Assembly: GCA_950097015.1 (NCBI GenBank)
Contig: CATNEN010000008.1
Coordinates: 1,178,001 to 1,242,000 of the forward strand
DNA: 64,000 bases
From: Macrostomum hystrix
Lineage: Eukaryota; Animalia; Platyhelminthes
Direction of reading: 5' to 3'
Below, in pieces: positions 1 to 13,600 of the stretch. The notes under the pieces are model-generated. The model saw only the letters and a list, made by a program, of their open reading frames with translations, was not told the DNA's origin and made no database searches. Made by a program: the position numbers and the translations under genes. Position 1 is the stretch's first letter, and the number at the start of each line of letters is the position of its first letter.

Positions 1-630
1 ACGGCTGATTGATAGACTAATATATCTATGGGCTAATTGATAGACTAATATATCTATGGGCTGATTGATAGACTAATAGATCTACGGGCTGATTGATAGA
101 CTAATATATCTATGGGCTGATTGATAGACTAATATATCTATGGGCTGATTGATAGACTAATAGATCTACGGGCTGATTGATAGACTAATATATCTATGGG
201 CTGATTGATAGACTAATAGATCTACGGCTGATTGATAGACTAATAGATCTACGGCTAATTGATAGACTAATAGATCTACGGCTGATTGATAGACTAATAT
301 ATCTATGGGCTAATTGATAGACTAATATATCTATGGGCTGATTGATAGACTAATAGATCTACGGGCTGATTGATAGACTAATATATCTATGGGCTGATTG
401 ATAGACTAATATATCTATGGGCTGATTGATAGACTAATAGATCTACGGGCTGATTGATAGACTAATATATCTATGGGCTGATTGATAGACTAATATATCT
501 ATGGGCTGATTGATAGACTAATAGATCTACGGCTGATTGATAGACTAATAGATCTACGGCTGATTGATAGACTAATAGATCTATGTGGTGATTGATGGAC
601 CAATAGATCTATGTGATGATTGATAGACCA
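1..630. repeat. Minisatellite, 27-28 nt (GGCTGATTGATAGACTAATATATCTATG)
   Basis: Direct tandem periodicity. Confidence 0.92.
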
Positions 631-1989
631 ATATATTTGTGTGGTTGTACATACATAAATGGATGATAGACGTGTGAGACCATAACGATATAAAGTAACG
701 GAATGTAGAAGTTTTGCCAAAATTTTCTCAAACCGTCAGACACGCAATGCGCACTCGTCTAGGCCACTGAATTTGATTGACATAGCAAGTCAAATAATCT
801 GTCACAGGCAGCGTGGACCTTTGCCAAAAATGAATGAATAATGCAAACATACCGACCATGTCAGCTATGGTTGCATATGAGCAGATGAGTCCTACTCATA
901 TTTATGGACTATGCATTTGATGCTAGACTTCTCCGATTCAATTTCGTATCAAAAAAACCAGCAAGATACGCTCGTATAGCGACAACGGCCGAGCTTTGCT
1001 TCTGGGATGTGGGACTTGGGGATTAAGCAAGACTAACTAGAGGACGGGCACAGTAAGAAGGAAAATAATTGGGGGTAGCTGGGCCAGGGGCTTTAATCAG
1101 ATTTCTGTCGGCTCTTCTGTATGACAATTGGATTTTAGAATCAGGGCTGACGATTCTTACTGCATATTCGGTAAGCAGTAAGTAATATATATGCATTCTA
1201 TCCTTATGAGACTATAAGGAATATTTTTGACTTATCTATCAAATGCTTGAGTCAATTTGAGACCAAGAAAGTTACATGATTCTCTGGATTCTTTTACTCT
1301 TAACCCTCCCCCAGTCCATGGACTGAACAGCTGTACGAAGGTCCATTCGAAAAGTCTCCGAGCAGCCGCCCCACCTCTAATTCCGTTTCCTCGCCATCTC
1401 AGCTGGTAAAAAAATTTTCTTCCCCCAACCGCTGTTGCAGCGGCCGAGTCACTCGAGACTCAAATAGTCTGTTACAAGACAGCAAGCCAGCTGGGCCAGG
1501 CCCTCTTAACGAGCAGACTGACTCGAAAAGTGGGGAAAGAATTTTTTCGCGGAGAATTTAGGGCTTAAGCGGGACAATTTCTGGAATAGACCTGACGAGG
1601 CCGAATAAGGAAACTGCCTCGAGGGAGAATGAAAATTTTTTATCACCGTTAATTTCTCTCGTATCAATCACAGCCTGGCTACCGGGCTCACAGGACGCTC
1701 TCAGACAAGATTACACTCGAGGGATTATGCTACTACTAGATTATACATGCACGAGTAGTGCTTGACAGTCTCGAATTTCGTGTCAATCTTCAATGCAGTT
1801 GCTTTGAAAAACTAGATTCCCATGTCCTTTAGACTTGTCTTCGAATCCAGTGTTGGGCGCCGACGTGGTGCAAATAAAAACCGATAGACTCTTTTCTTAA
1901 TCCCCGTACTGTTTTCCCTTTTTCTTCTTCTCGTCTTTGCTGGTCGCTCCACATTATCTATTTTTCTGACAAAGAGTATTTTAATATTC

Positions 1990-2750
1990 TCCCCCTCTCT
2001 CCCCCTCTCTCCCCCCTCTCTCATTCTATCGCTCTCCCTCTCTCTCCCTATTTCCCCCCTCTCTCTCCCCTCTCTCCCCCTCTCTCATTCTATCGCTCTC
2101 CCTCTCTCTCCCTCTTTCCCCCTCTCTCTCCCCTCTCTCCCCCTCTCTCATTCTATCGCTCTCCCTCTCTCTCCCTCTTTCCCCCTCTCTCTCCCCTCTC
2201 TTCCCCCTCTCTCTCCTTCTATCGCTCTCCCTCTCTCTGTCTCTTCTCTCCCTCTCTCTGTCTCTTCTCTCCCTCTCTCTGTCTCTTCTCTCCCTCTCTC
2301 TGTCTCTTCTCTCCCTCTCTCTGTCTCTTCTCTCCCTCTCTCTGTCTCTTCTCTCCCTCTCTCTGTCTCTTCTCTCCCTCTCTCTGTCTCTTCTCTCCCT
2401 CTCTCTGTCTCTTCTCTCCCTCTCTCTGTCTCTTCTCTCCCTCTCTCTGTCTCTTCTCTCCCTCTCTCTGTCTCTTTGCGTCTGGGGTTGCCTTTGTTTC
2501 GAATCCGGATTTAAATTTTTTCGATACATATCGGAATCGATTCCAACATTATACTTTTTTAATTCAATGGGCAGTGTCCTCTCTCCTCTCTCCCGCTCTC
2601 TCTCTCCCTCTCTCCCTCTCTCTCCCTCTCCCTCTCTCTCCTTCTATCTCTCCCCCTCTCTCTCCCTCTCTCTCTCCTTTTATCTCTCTCCCTCTCTCTC
2701 TGTCTCTTCTCTCCCTCCCTCTGTCCTGTCCTGACTTTCTCATCGGCAAG
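1990..2750. repeat. CT-rich low-complexity array including a 21-nt unit (CTCCCTCTCTCTGTCTCTTCT)
   Basis: Direct periodicity. This array generates the RERERRD ORF. Confidence 0.9.
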
Positions 2751-3544
2751 CAGCTTGCACTGCAACAGTGCCTCGGAGTTGGCCCTTTATGGCCGTAAAT
2801 TACACGACAAGCCCCCAAGCCTTCTTTCAATGGGTACCTGTGGTGCGACTGTGGAACACACTCGAAAGCAGCTCAGCCTTACCTTAAAAAATATACAATT
2901 TATTTATGCCCTACTTGCAGTAGCGACGACCGCAAATAAAGAGTAGTTTGGAAATGCTTTCTAAAATTTACACTACGAGTAAATTAATCGCTATAGAGAT
3001 CAAAAGCAAAAGAAGATTTGGAAAGAAAAAAATTTCAATTAGAAATTGACTTCGATTATTGAATACAGAAAGTGAAAATATTATGTCACAGCCCAACCAC
3101 GATGAAGTTTGAAAATGTTGAAAAAATGTCAACTAATATGCATGCAAATCAGCCAGCGGTGATGCAAGCTAATATCACTTTATGACTCTCTAACATACTT
3201 TACATTTGGCCGTGTGTTTTCTAAGGTCTCGTCCATATTGGCTGATTCAAGCACGCCAGTGTGAAAAGGGTATAAAATCCCATGTGGTCGTCGGCTTCTC
3301 GACGTGGTCTGTAAGGACATCAAAAAACCCAGTCGAAAAGACTGAATGAGATTAGTTGAGAAAGATAAATTTACATTTTTGAGCATACCATTTGGCTGAA
3401 GGTTTAATCTCTTGAGCAGTCTTAGCGCATTGAGCCAGGAGCAACATAAGAGGATTCTGAACTCTCTCTTACAATGGTCGATTCCGAATGAAAAACATCC
3501 CTGCTGATTCTTAACTTCTCTGATTCTCACCTCTCGCTCTCCCG

Positions 3545-4135
3545 TCTACCTCCTGATTCTCACCCTCTCCTGATTCTCACCCTCTCCTGATTCTCACCCT
3601 CTCCTGATTCTCACCCTCTCCTGATTCTCACCCTCTCCGTTTTCTAACCCTCTCTAATTCTCACCCTCTCTGATTCTCACCCTCTCCTGATTCTAACCCT
3701 CTCCTAATTCTCACACTCTCCTGATTCTCACCCTATCCTGATTCTCACCCTCTTCTGATTCTCACCCTCTTCTGATTCTCACCCTCTTCTGATTCTCTCC
3801 CTCTCTGATTCTCACCCTCTTCTGATTCTCACCCTCTCCTGATTCTCACCCTATCCTGATTCTCACCCTCTTCTGATTCTCACCCTCTTCTGATTCTCAC
3901 CCTATCCTGATTCTCACCCTCTCTGATTCTCACCCTATCCTGATTCTCACCCTCTCCTGATTCTCACCCTCTCTGATTCTCACCCTCTCCTGATTCTCAC
4001 CCTCTCTGATTCTCACCCTCTCCTGATTCTCTCCCTCTCTGATTCTCACCCTCTTCTAATTCTCTCCCTCTCTGATTCTCACCCTCTCCTGATTCTCACC
4101 CTCTTCTGATTCTCACCCTCTACTGATTTTCACCC
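3545..4135. repeat. Minisatellite, 18-19 nt (CTGATTCTCACCCTCTC[C/T])
   Basis: Direct periodicity. Confidence 0.9.
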
Positions 4136-4629
4136 TATCTTGTTTTCAACATAAAGATGCGGGTTTTTGTCTCACATATCAAAGTCCCATAGGCCCTGAC
4201 ACTGAAGATCGAATACAAGCGAATACGATATGATTTTCTTGTGAGGAGAATTATGTCACTAAAAGCCCAACCTCTGAGCACACAATTCGTGAGCACGTAT
4301 CCCAAATGCATGACAATTATGCCGATCCGGCCGATAATGAGCCCGTAATGTCGTAGCCAGCTGCTCATAATCGAGATAATAAATCATCCTGTCCATTTTT
4401 GCTTCACCCCGAAACTGCATAGGGCGAGTTTAGGCTGGACTGGAAGCAATAAAAACCTTATGCACTTTTGCGGCAAGTCCGACTGAACTCATTCTAAGCT
4501 GAATCATCATACTCTTACATACAGGCCCCACTAAAGCTATGTAATTTATACATTTGTTTTTTACATAAAAACTAGGTGCTGCCTACTCTAAGAGGGTGTC
4601 CACTACCAGTTACGCGATATAGGCCCAGG

Positions 4630-4912
4630 AGGGTGTCCACTATCTACCTCCAAATGGTCAAGTAGGGTGTCCACTATCTACCTCCAAATGGTCAAGTAGG
4701 GTGTCCACTATCTACCTCCAATTGGTCAAGTAGGGTGTCCACTATCTACCTCCAATTGGTCAAGTAGGGTGTCCACTATCTACCTCCAAATGGTAAAGTA
4801 GGGTGTCCACTATCTATCCCCAAATGGTCAAGTAAGGTGTCCACTATCTACCTCCAATTGGTCAAGTAGGGTGTCCACTATCTACCTCCAATTGGTCAAG
4901 TAGGGTGTCCAA
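4630..4912. repeat. Minisatellite, 34 nt (GGGTGTCCACTATCTACCTCCAAATGGTCAAGTA), about 8 copies
   Basis: Units start at 4631, 4665 and so on, with no spacers. Confidence 0.9.
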
Positions 4913-5589
4913 TAAGCATTGAATTTCGACATTCAAATCATTTTTGTTATTTTTTGGTTTATTTTCTGTCACCAGACCCCACCTGTGGATCAATCAAGCC
5001 TGTCAAGCAATATTAATAACTAATGCGCTTCGCAACCAAAAGAAGGAGACACTCTGATTCTCCTTCTCATGAGAGTCGAAAGCCTCATTAGCAATGCCCA
5101 ACACATTTTCCGCACCCTCTTTGGCAACTAATTTATTTAATTGGTTCTAGGAAATCTCCTGGGACATGTCACCGCTTCTAGGGGGAGGGATAAATATTTA
5201 AGTCGGCGCGTAAAATTTCTTGTCCAGTTGGGAATCAAACTGACGGGAAATCTTTTTCGTTCGATTTTAATTTTAATTGATTTCCTGCCCCCGTTGTGGG
5301 GATGAGATTAGAAAATCGATTTTTGTTTTATGTTATTGAGTTCTCTGTCTCTTCAGCTTGACAGCTTGGAAGTTACTCGGATCCTTCTTATTCTGAGTCT
5401 GTCTTGTCTGCTTTTTTTATGTTATTGAGTTTTTTGCGCTCTGTTGAAGTCCACTCGAGATTCGACTGGGACCGATAGTAAGGCATTTTGAAATAAATAG
5501 CTGTGCCTCAGTTTCACGACATTTGTTTTCATGAATGTAAATGTTGTATATTGTGCGATAAGATTGATCACTTTTATTATGTGGGAGCA

Positions 5590-6432
5590 AAGTAGGGTAG
5601 AATTGAATAAAGTGCGATAGAGTTGGATAAAGTGGGATAGAGTTGGATAAAGTGGGATAGAATAGGATAAAGTGGGATAGAACAGGATAAAGTAGAGTAG
5701 AGTTGGATAAAGTGGGATTGAGTTGGATAAAGTGGGATTGAGTTGGATAAAGTAGGATAGAGTTGGATAAAGTGGGGGTAGAGTTGGAGAAAGTGGGGTA
5801 GAGTTGGATAAAGTAGGATAGACTTAGATAAAGTAGGATTAAGTTGGATAAAGTAGAGTAGAGTTGGATAAAGTGGGATTGAGTTGGATAAAGTAGGATA
5901 GAGTCGGGTAAAGTAGGATAGACTTGGATAAAGTAGGATAGAGTCGGGTAAAGTAGGATAGAATAGGATAAAGTGGGATAGAGCAGGATAAAGTAGAGTA
6001 GAGTTGGATAAAGTGGGATTGAGTTGGATAAAGTAGGATAGACTTAGATAAAGTGGGATTAAGTTGGATAAAGTAGAGTAGAGTTGGATAAAGTGGGATT
6101 GAGTTGGATAAAGTAGGATTGAGTTGGATAAAGTGGGATTGAGTTGGATAAAGTGGGGGTAGAGTTGGAGAAAGTGGGATTGAGTTGGATAAAGTGGGAT
6201 AGAACAGGATAAAGTAGGATAGAATAGGATAAAGTGGGATAGAACCGGAAAAAGTAGGATAGAATAGGATAAAGTGGGATAGAACAGGATAAAGTAGGAT
6301 AGAATAGGATAAAGTGGGATAGAACCGGATAAAGTAGGATAGAATAGGATAAAGTGGGATAGAACAGGATAAAGTAGGATAGAATAGGATAGAGTGGGAT
6401 AGAACAGGATAAAGTAGGATAGAATAGGATAG
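5590..6432. repeat. Minisatellite, 20 nt (GGATAAAGTGGGATAGAGTT)
   Basis: Direct periodicity. Confidence 0.9.
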
Positions 6433-7299
6433 AATGAAAAATTTGGGATGCATTATGATGGGGATTTATACTGACGGAGCCAATCAGTTCATTGTTGCTG
6501 GAACACTATCGATTCTTTTAGTCTCGAGTAGGGAAGGGATTTCGGGGATTTCGGCCGCGGATCGCCACGCCGGAAGCTGCCAATTCTGATTTATGACGGC
6601 ATTTCTCAGGCCGACGGGTCGTCAAGCCCTCCTCCTTCTCTGATCTGCGACCGAGTCGTAACTGGGAATTTACTCGCTAATATTAGGATCAGGCATTGGG
6701 GAAAAGGACCAAGAAACTGATCGATACACTACCAATGCGATGGGGGATTCGCGCCAGAAAAAAAGTCAACGGAGAGGAAAATTTTCCCTTCTCCCCACCA
6801 CCAACCCCCCAGCCAACAGAAGAATATCAGGCGGCCTTGCTTGATGTGAGAGGGCCGAGCTGCTCAGTCGAGCTTGAAGAATCTGCAACCAACCAACTCA
6901 CTCGCACTGTCTACCCCCTTTATCCCCGATCCCCAATTTCCCTGGCTCCCTTCGTATAATGTCTCGCCAGACAACGAATGAAACTCTGGCCTCCAAAATC
7001 GAGGTGAAATCTTTCCGGATGTAGGTCGCGGACTCGCGGACATGAGTCAATCGATTTCTTGGGAGATCTGACCAGCATTTGGGATTCTAGTAGTTGAAAT
7101 AAATAATTTCTTGCTCATATTTGAATTTAACACATGGTAAGTATAAAATATATCATTAATTTTTTTGCTTCCTTTCTTCATTAAGTACTTTTAGTAGTGC
7201 CTTTTGAATGAAATATTAAATCAGTGCCGTTTGATTGCCGTTAATGACGGAAGATAAAACTTAGTTGTTTGACTTTTAAATAAGAATATCAAGCCGGAA

Positions 7300-7790
7300 G
7301 AGAGGAGACAAGGGTGAGATGAGACAGGGGTGAGATGAGACAGGCTAGAGATGACACACTGGAGAGATGAGACAGGGAGAGATGAGACAGGGGAGAGATG
7401 AGACAGGGAGAGATGAGACGGGGGAGAGATGAGACGGGGGAGAGATGAGACAGGGAGAGATGAGACAGGGAGAGATGAGACAGGGAGAGATGAGACAGGG
7501 AGAGATGAGACAGGGAGAGATGAGACAGGGGAGAGATGAGACAGGGAGAGATGAGACAGGGAGAGATGAGACAGGGGAGAGATGAGACTGGGAAGAGATG
7601 AGACAAGGAGAGATGAGACAGGGGAGAGATGAGACAGGGGAGAGATGAGACAGGGGAGAGATGAGACTGGGAAGAGATGAGACAGGGGAGAGATGAGACA
7701 GGGGAGAGATGAGACTGGGAAGAGATGAGACAGGGGAGAGATGAGACAGGGGAGAGATGAGACAGGGGAGAGATGAGACAGGGAGTCGAG
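7300..7790. repeat. Minisatellite, 15-16 nt (GAGATGAGACAGGG[G]A); reverse-complement relatives at about 15990-16130
   Basis: Direct periodicity. Confidence 0.88.
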
Positions 7791-8311
7791 AGCAGGCCCT
7801 TTTTAAGGGCAAGTTGTTGGATTCTGCAGTTTAGCGGGCCGGAAGTGTGCCTAGCACTGATCTAAGAGAACAGACTGGCTGACAATTTCGGCACCTCTAT
7901 CTGGTTTGTTTCGAGCGTTGAAATTTGGACATTGGAGACAGACTGTGGGTGGGGATGTTGCATAATTCATAGGGTGAAGCAGCTGTAGAGAGTTCTGTTT
8001 TTTTGCTTTGCAGACGCAATTTTAGAGTCCCGGGCGAGCTGTAATTGCAGCTTTTATGAAGCAGAAGCTGAACAAGCAGCCTTTTATGCATTCTGCACTC
8101 CTAGCGACATGGGGATAAAAAACTGAAGGGAGACTGTCGATTGGGGCAGTCCCAAAAGACTATTATTGAAAATTAATAAGCCCGACTTTCCCTTCTCCCA
8201 TCTAATACAAATATTGGATTAAGGCTGCGAGGAATCAAGCCGATCTCTGCGACTGACATCTAGCTGCAACTGCCGCTGAATGATGAAACTGACAGAAGAG
8301 CAGAGAGAGGA

Positions 8312-9665
8312 CGACAGACACCCACAACTGACAGACACCCACAACTGACAGACACAGAACTGACAGATGCCCAGAGCTGACAGACACCCACAACTGACAT
8401 ACTCCCACAACTGACAGACACAGAACTGACAGATGCCCAGAGCTGACAGACACCCACAACTGACAGACACCCACAACTGACAGACACCCACAACTGACAG
8501 ACACCCACAACTGACATTCTCCCAGAACTGACAGACACCCACAACTGACAGACACCCACAACTGACAGACACCCACAACTGACAGACACCCACAACTGAC
8601 ATACTCCCAGAACTGACAGACACCCACAACTGACAGACACACACAACTGACAGACACCCACAACTGACAGACACCCACAACTGACAGACACAGAACTGAC
8701 AGATGCCCAGAGCTGACAGACACCCACAACTGACATACTCCCACAACTGACAGACACCCACAACTGACAGACACCCACAACTGACAGACACCCACAACTG
8801 ACATACTCCCAGAACTGACAGACACCCACAACTGACAGACACCCACAACTGACATACACCTAAAACTGACAGACACCCACAACTGACAGACACAGAACTG
8901 ACAGATGCCCAGAACTGACAGACACCCACAACTGACATACACCTACAACTGACAGACACACACAAGTGACAGACACCCAAAACTGACAGACACAGAACTG
9001 ACAGATGCCCAGAACTGACAGACACCCACAACTGACATACACCTAAAACTGACAGACACACACAAGTGACAGACACCCAAAACTGACAGACACAGAACTG
9101 ACAGATGCCCAGAGCTGACAGACACCCAAAACTGACAGACACACACAACTGACAGACACAGAACTGACAGATGCCCAGAGCTGACAGACACCCACAACTG
9201 AAACACACACACAACTGACAGACACAGAACTGACAGATGCCCAGAACTGACAGACACCCACAACTGACACACACACACAACTGACAGACACAAAACTGAC
9301 AGATGCCCAGAGCTGACAGACACCCAAAACTGACAGACACACACAACTGACAGACACAGAACTGACAGATGCCCAGAGCTGACAGACACCCACAACTGAC
9401 AGACACACACAACTGACAGACACAGAACTGACAGATGCCCAGAACTGACAGACACCCACAACTGACATACACCTAAAACTGACAGACACACACAACTGAC
9501 AGACACAGAACTGACAGATGCCCAGAGCTGACAGACACCCAAAACTGACAGACACACACAACTGACAGACACAGAACTGACAGATGCCCAGAGCTGACAG
9601 ACACCCACAACTGACAGACGACCTGAACTGACTGACAGACACAGTTGACAGTCACCCAGAACTGA
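8312..9665. repeat. Minisatellite, 17 nt (ACAACTGACAGACACCC) with higher-order variant pattern
   Basis: Direct periodicity. This array generates the Cys/Val-rich minus-strand ORFs. Confidence 0.9.
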
Positions 9666-10527
9666 CAGTTAGACCTCTCGCTGGGTCCAATCGGGATCTT
9701 GATAGAGAGGGCACCACTTGTATCGGCTCTCTCTTTAGCCGATCTTTCGGTGCTTTATTTTTACTTTTGCGCTTTTCTTTTCTTTCGACGTCTCCAAAAT
9801 TAGTTGCAGCCGATCACAAAGACAGGAAACTTTCATACTTGAATACTTCACACACAAGCATATACTTCACAGCCTCAGCACAGCAGCTGGATGGCTTAGC
9901 TTTCTTTCTAAGTGATTTTAGGGGGCCCTGGGACATCAGCAGAGCATTGTTTGCTACACTGCGGCTCAAGCTGAATGCCTTGGAGCTGGGCCAAATAGGA
10001 ACGCGCATGTCTGCGGAGTGAGATTGGCTGTGCGGAGACAGAGAGCGTGGCCGACATGCGAGAGATGGGATCAGCTGAGCATGGATTAGGAGGCCTGGGT
10101 AGAGCGACAGGGAGTGGGGAGAGTGACTTGGGATTTCCCCATGCTCTCTCATGCTGTCTAACACCAGTCAAGCTCTCTAGCGCACAATTTGAGCAGTACA
10201 TTTTCGTGCGGCTTCGGATCCGCCAACTCTCTTCCTCTCCCTCCATCTGTACCCTCCATCCTCTAGTTTCTCGCGCGTCTCACACTTCTCAACCCCTGTC
10301 TCCTTTCAGGCAACACTGAGGTGGCTGAGATGGGTGTTTTGAGATGGTGTTGCTCAACACCTCCCACCTCCCCCAAGCAAATAAAATTTGCCCCTAACCT
10401 CTCGTCTCCACCGCATCCTGCCTGACTCCCATAGTGGGACACGGGACTATTTGCCTCACTGTTTTCAATTGGGCGAAAAATTCGAACATCGAAAACTTGG
10501 AATAAAAGCTTTCGCTAGGTGTTTACT

Positions 10528-10559
10528 ATGGATGCGTCTGATGGCGTAAGAGGCCATCA

Positions 10560-10628
<69 letters not shown>

Positions 10629-10629
10629 G
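10528..10629 (+). CDS. Ank: Ankyrin alternative first coding exon A ([11 protein letters not shown]22-KQ)
   Basis: ATG at 10528, open frame through a CAA/CAG run, donor CAG|GTGAGA. Phase 0 matches the acceptor at 12777. Confidence 0.65.
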
Positions 10630-13600
10630 GTGAGAAATATAGCACAGTTAGTTTGGCGAAATCCTACGTTTTCCTTTCATTTTTCCTCCGAGGACTGATT
10701 AATTGGATGACTGTAAAAGGTTCGACCAAGTTGGGATAAATTCCCTTTTTTATTTCCCCACACATTCTGGCACAGGACGAAGCTCGGTTTGGGCAAAACG
10801 CAGCTTAGATTATAGCATTCCCTCTATAGCCTGCGCTCTCTCGCGCTTTGATTCCTAGGAAGACGGTAAGAGAGAAGTCCTGCATCCATTAGGTCCAACC
10901 CGGGCTGGTCAGCAACCGCAGCCCATCCCACGTCCACCCACTCCTGTTTCTTCGACTACGGTTCGGGCATATTCTTTTCTTTGGAAGACCCCAGCATTAT
11001 AACAAGCAGAGATCCACATTGCGAAGAAGGAGAAACGAAACTTGCTTTGAGGTGTGCAAGAAAGTCTTCCAAGAAAAAGGACAAATATATCGCCGTTAGG
11101 TTCGCTCTGATAAGACGCACGTAAATATCCCAAAAAACTAGCTTTTGCCCTCTTCCTCGGGCAAACCCGACCAATTTTAAACCTGCCCCAAAACACATTC
11201 CCACACCCCCAATTCCGACCCCAACCCCATTTCCTAGCTTTTCAAAGTTCTAAAATCTGAAAGTTTTGGAGGTGCTGCCGTTTTTTAAACGCCACCGACA
11301 GCCACCGTCTTCGAGCCATCCCGGGCTGCTCTGCCAACAGTGGAGCGGGAGCAGACTAGAGGCACTTCAATCGAGAAATCCCGAAGGAGAAGATTTCTTT
11401 TTTAATCCCTATTTTTCATTTCTGACCAGTGCCCATTGTTCCGTGCTTTCTTTCTGCTTTCAGGAGAAGTGATTTTCTTTCGTCACGAGGCAGAGAAGCT
11501 TAGAACTTAGGGCTAAGCTTTTGTCTACAGTTTTCGTCCTTCTCCGCCCACCTTCTTTGCCCATCGTCTTTTAAAAGCAGCTTTGCTTTTCTCCTATTTG
11601 CGGCAATTTTCGAGTTGACTAGATTCTGGAGAAACCATAGCTTAGTCTAGATAATTGGCGTCAAGCTTTTTTCTGCAACAATTAGAGCATGGGAAATACA
11701 GTGGCCCAACAGGTGAGTCTTTTTGCGTAGTCATTTACCGTCTTGCCATCATTGATTGACCGACCTTTCTCGTCTCGTATAATTATGCACGTTGGTGTAT
11801 TAACGTATCCACCTTAACGCATGCTAATGTGGAATATGTGCAATATGTTCAGCTCTCTTGAAACATTGGACTGCCCCAGGACCATTGGCATTGTAAGCAA
11901 CTTCCAGTAGTGTCGGACCGAAATTAGGGAAATCGATTTGCCAGCTTTAGCGGTTGTCGGCTGGCCGCATCGCAAATTTCGGTTTGACATCGCGAAACAC
12001 TCTCGCTCTCTCTCTAGCTGCAGGCGCTGGTGGGTGCATGCGTGACTGCTGTGCTGTTCTCGTGGATGTTGGAAGGCCTCTTCCATTGGTATTCTATTTC
12101 AGTATTCTAAGCACAGTGGCTCTCTCTCCCTCACTCCTTCTCTACGGGTTATCCCATCTGGCTGGGCCAGACAACGAGCATATGTGTTTATTCGTTAAGC
12201 GCGAGGACAAGCCCAGTATTCTGAATTCTTCCCCTTCTAAAATTTCCAAGCCCCAATGAGTGGCGTGACTTTGCAACGGGTGCAGCGGCTTTAGCCCCAC
12301 CCAGCTGTACAGTGTGGCGGGTTTTCAGATATTTTTTACACAACTGCAAGGCGTCGATCGTTTTAAATCTGTTTACAATATAACTCGACAAGTAAAACGA
12401 AAATACAAAGTTTTCTTATCTAAACTTTATCGTTATTTGACCAAAACTTGGTTCCAGACGAGATTATGCAGCTGCATAATTTAACACACAATTGGTTGAC
12501 ACTTCCATCGATTCATAATCACTGTTAAGTTAAGCCCTCATTTAGGGCTAAGCAGCTAATTCACTTCTCTAACCCAGAAATTACTTATTTCTAATTGGCT
12601 GACAACAATGGCATCAACCCCTCTGATACAACTCCTGTCCCCTGTGTACAGCATCATTGTACATTGCGCATCCAAGGATTCGTTTTTTCTAACCCAACCC
12701 AACTAAATTTTAATTGGCTAATATTTCCAACCACCATCCACCTCACTCCGCACTCCTCATTGAACAAACGCAACAGGCCGATCCGAGCCAGAACTTCCTG
12801 CGCGTTGCCAGAGCCGGCAATCTGGCCAAGGTGCTCGACTATCTGAACTGTGGCACTCGAATCGACACATGCAACGCGGTAAGCCAAACAGTGAATTTGT
12901 GAAAATTAATTCGATCCACGCAGCTGTCTCTGTAACAAATTTGTTAAGATTTACCAAAAAGTTTGTTTTATTAAGATTGCTCGCGCATGACCAAATTCTT
13001 CAATGTTTTCAGTTCTGTGAATTTTCTTTTTCTTATTTCGCCGACAGCCAAGCCTGACTTAAGCAAGCAACACAGTCTTCCTGCCTTGCGAAGATATCAA
13101 TATTGTGTCTCCGAATTTCTATATGTCGCGATTCGCACGCTGCAAGCTGTCTCAATACTCAATACTTCTCAATACTCAATACTTCTCTTCTCTCTTTGTA
13201 TATTTCATCTCCGAATCACACCCTGTTTGCGTGATGCCTATGATGTGGACACGAGGCAGCTGGGACCTTCGGGGCATGTCTCAATTCATCTACTCAGCTT
13301 GCCCCGTGTTTCTCCATTCCAGTATCGCAGTCTATTCATTCCAACAGCAACACTGCACAGCGGCCTAGGCTGAAGTATATTATTTTTATAAAATAGCCTC
13401 ATAAAGAGACACACTTGGTCCACTTTCCCGGCTAAAAGCAGCAATCGCTCACTGCAACCTGAGGCGGTCTCTCCCCTCTACCGCTCCCACTTGAGACAGC
13501 GGACCCTATAATCGCATATAATCTTGCTGTACTCATGAGCATCGATCGATAGACTATAAAGAAAATTACTAACGAGAAGCACAGAATAAAAATAAAATAA

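Noticed and set aside
2026-2830. Arg/Glu-rich RERE-type ORFs
   Set aside because: They come from GA/CT microsatellite translation.
4630-4912. 34-nt direct repeats of CRISPR-like length
   Set aside because: The units are head-to-tail with no unique spacers, the context is eukaryotic and there are no cas genes.
8219-9655. Cys/Val-rich ORFs resembling metallothionein or keratin-associated proteins
   Set aside because: All three frames are open because of a 17-nt minisatellite, and there is no splice or start context.
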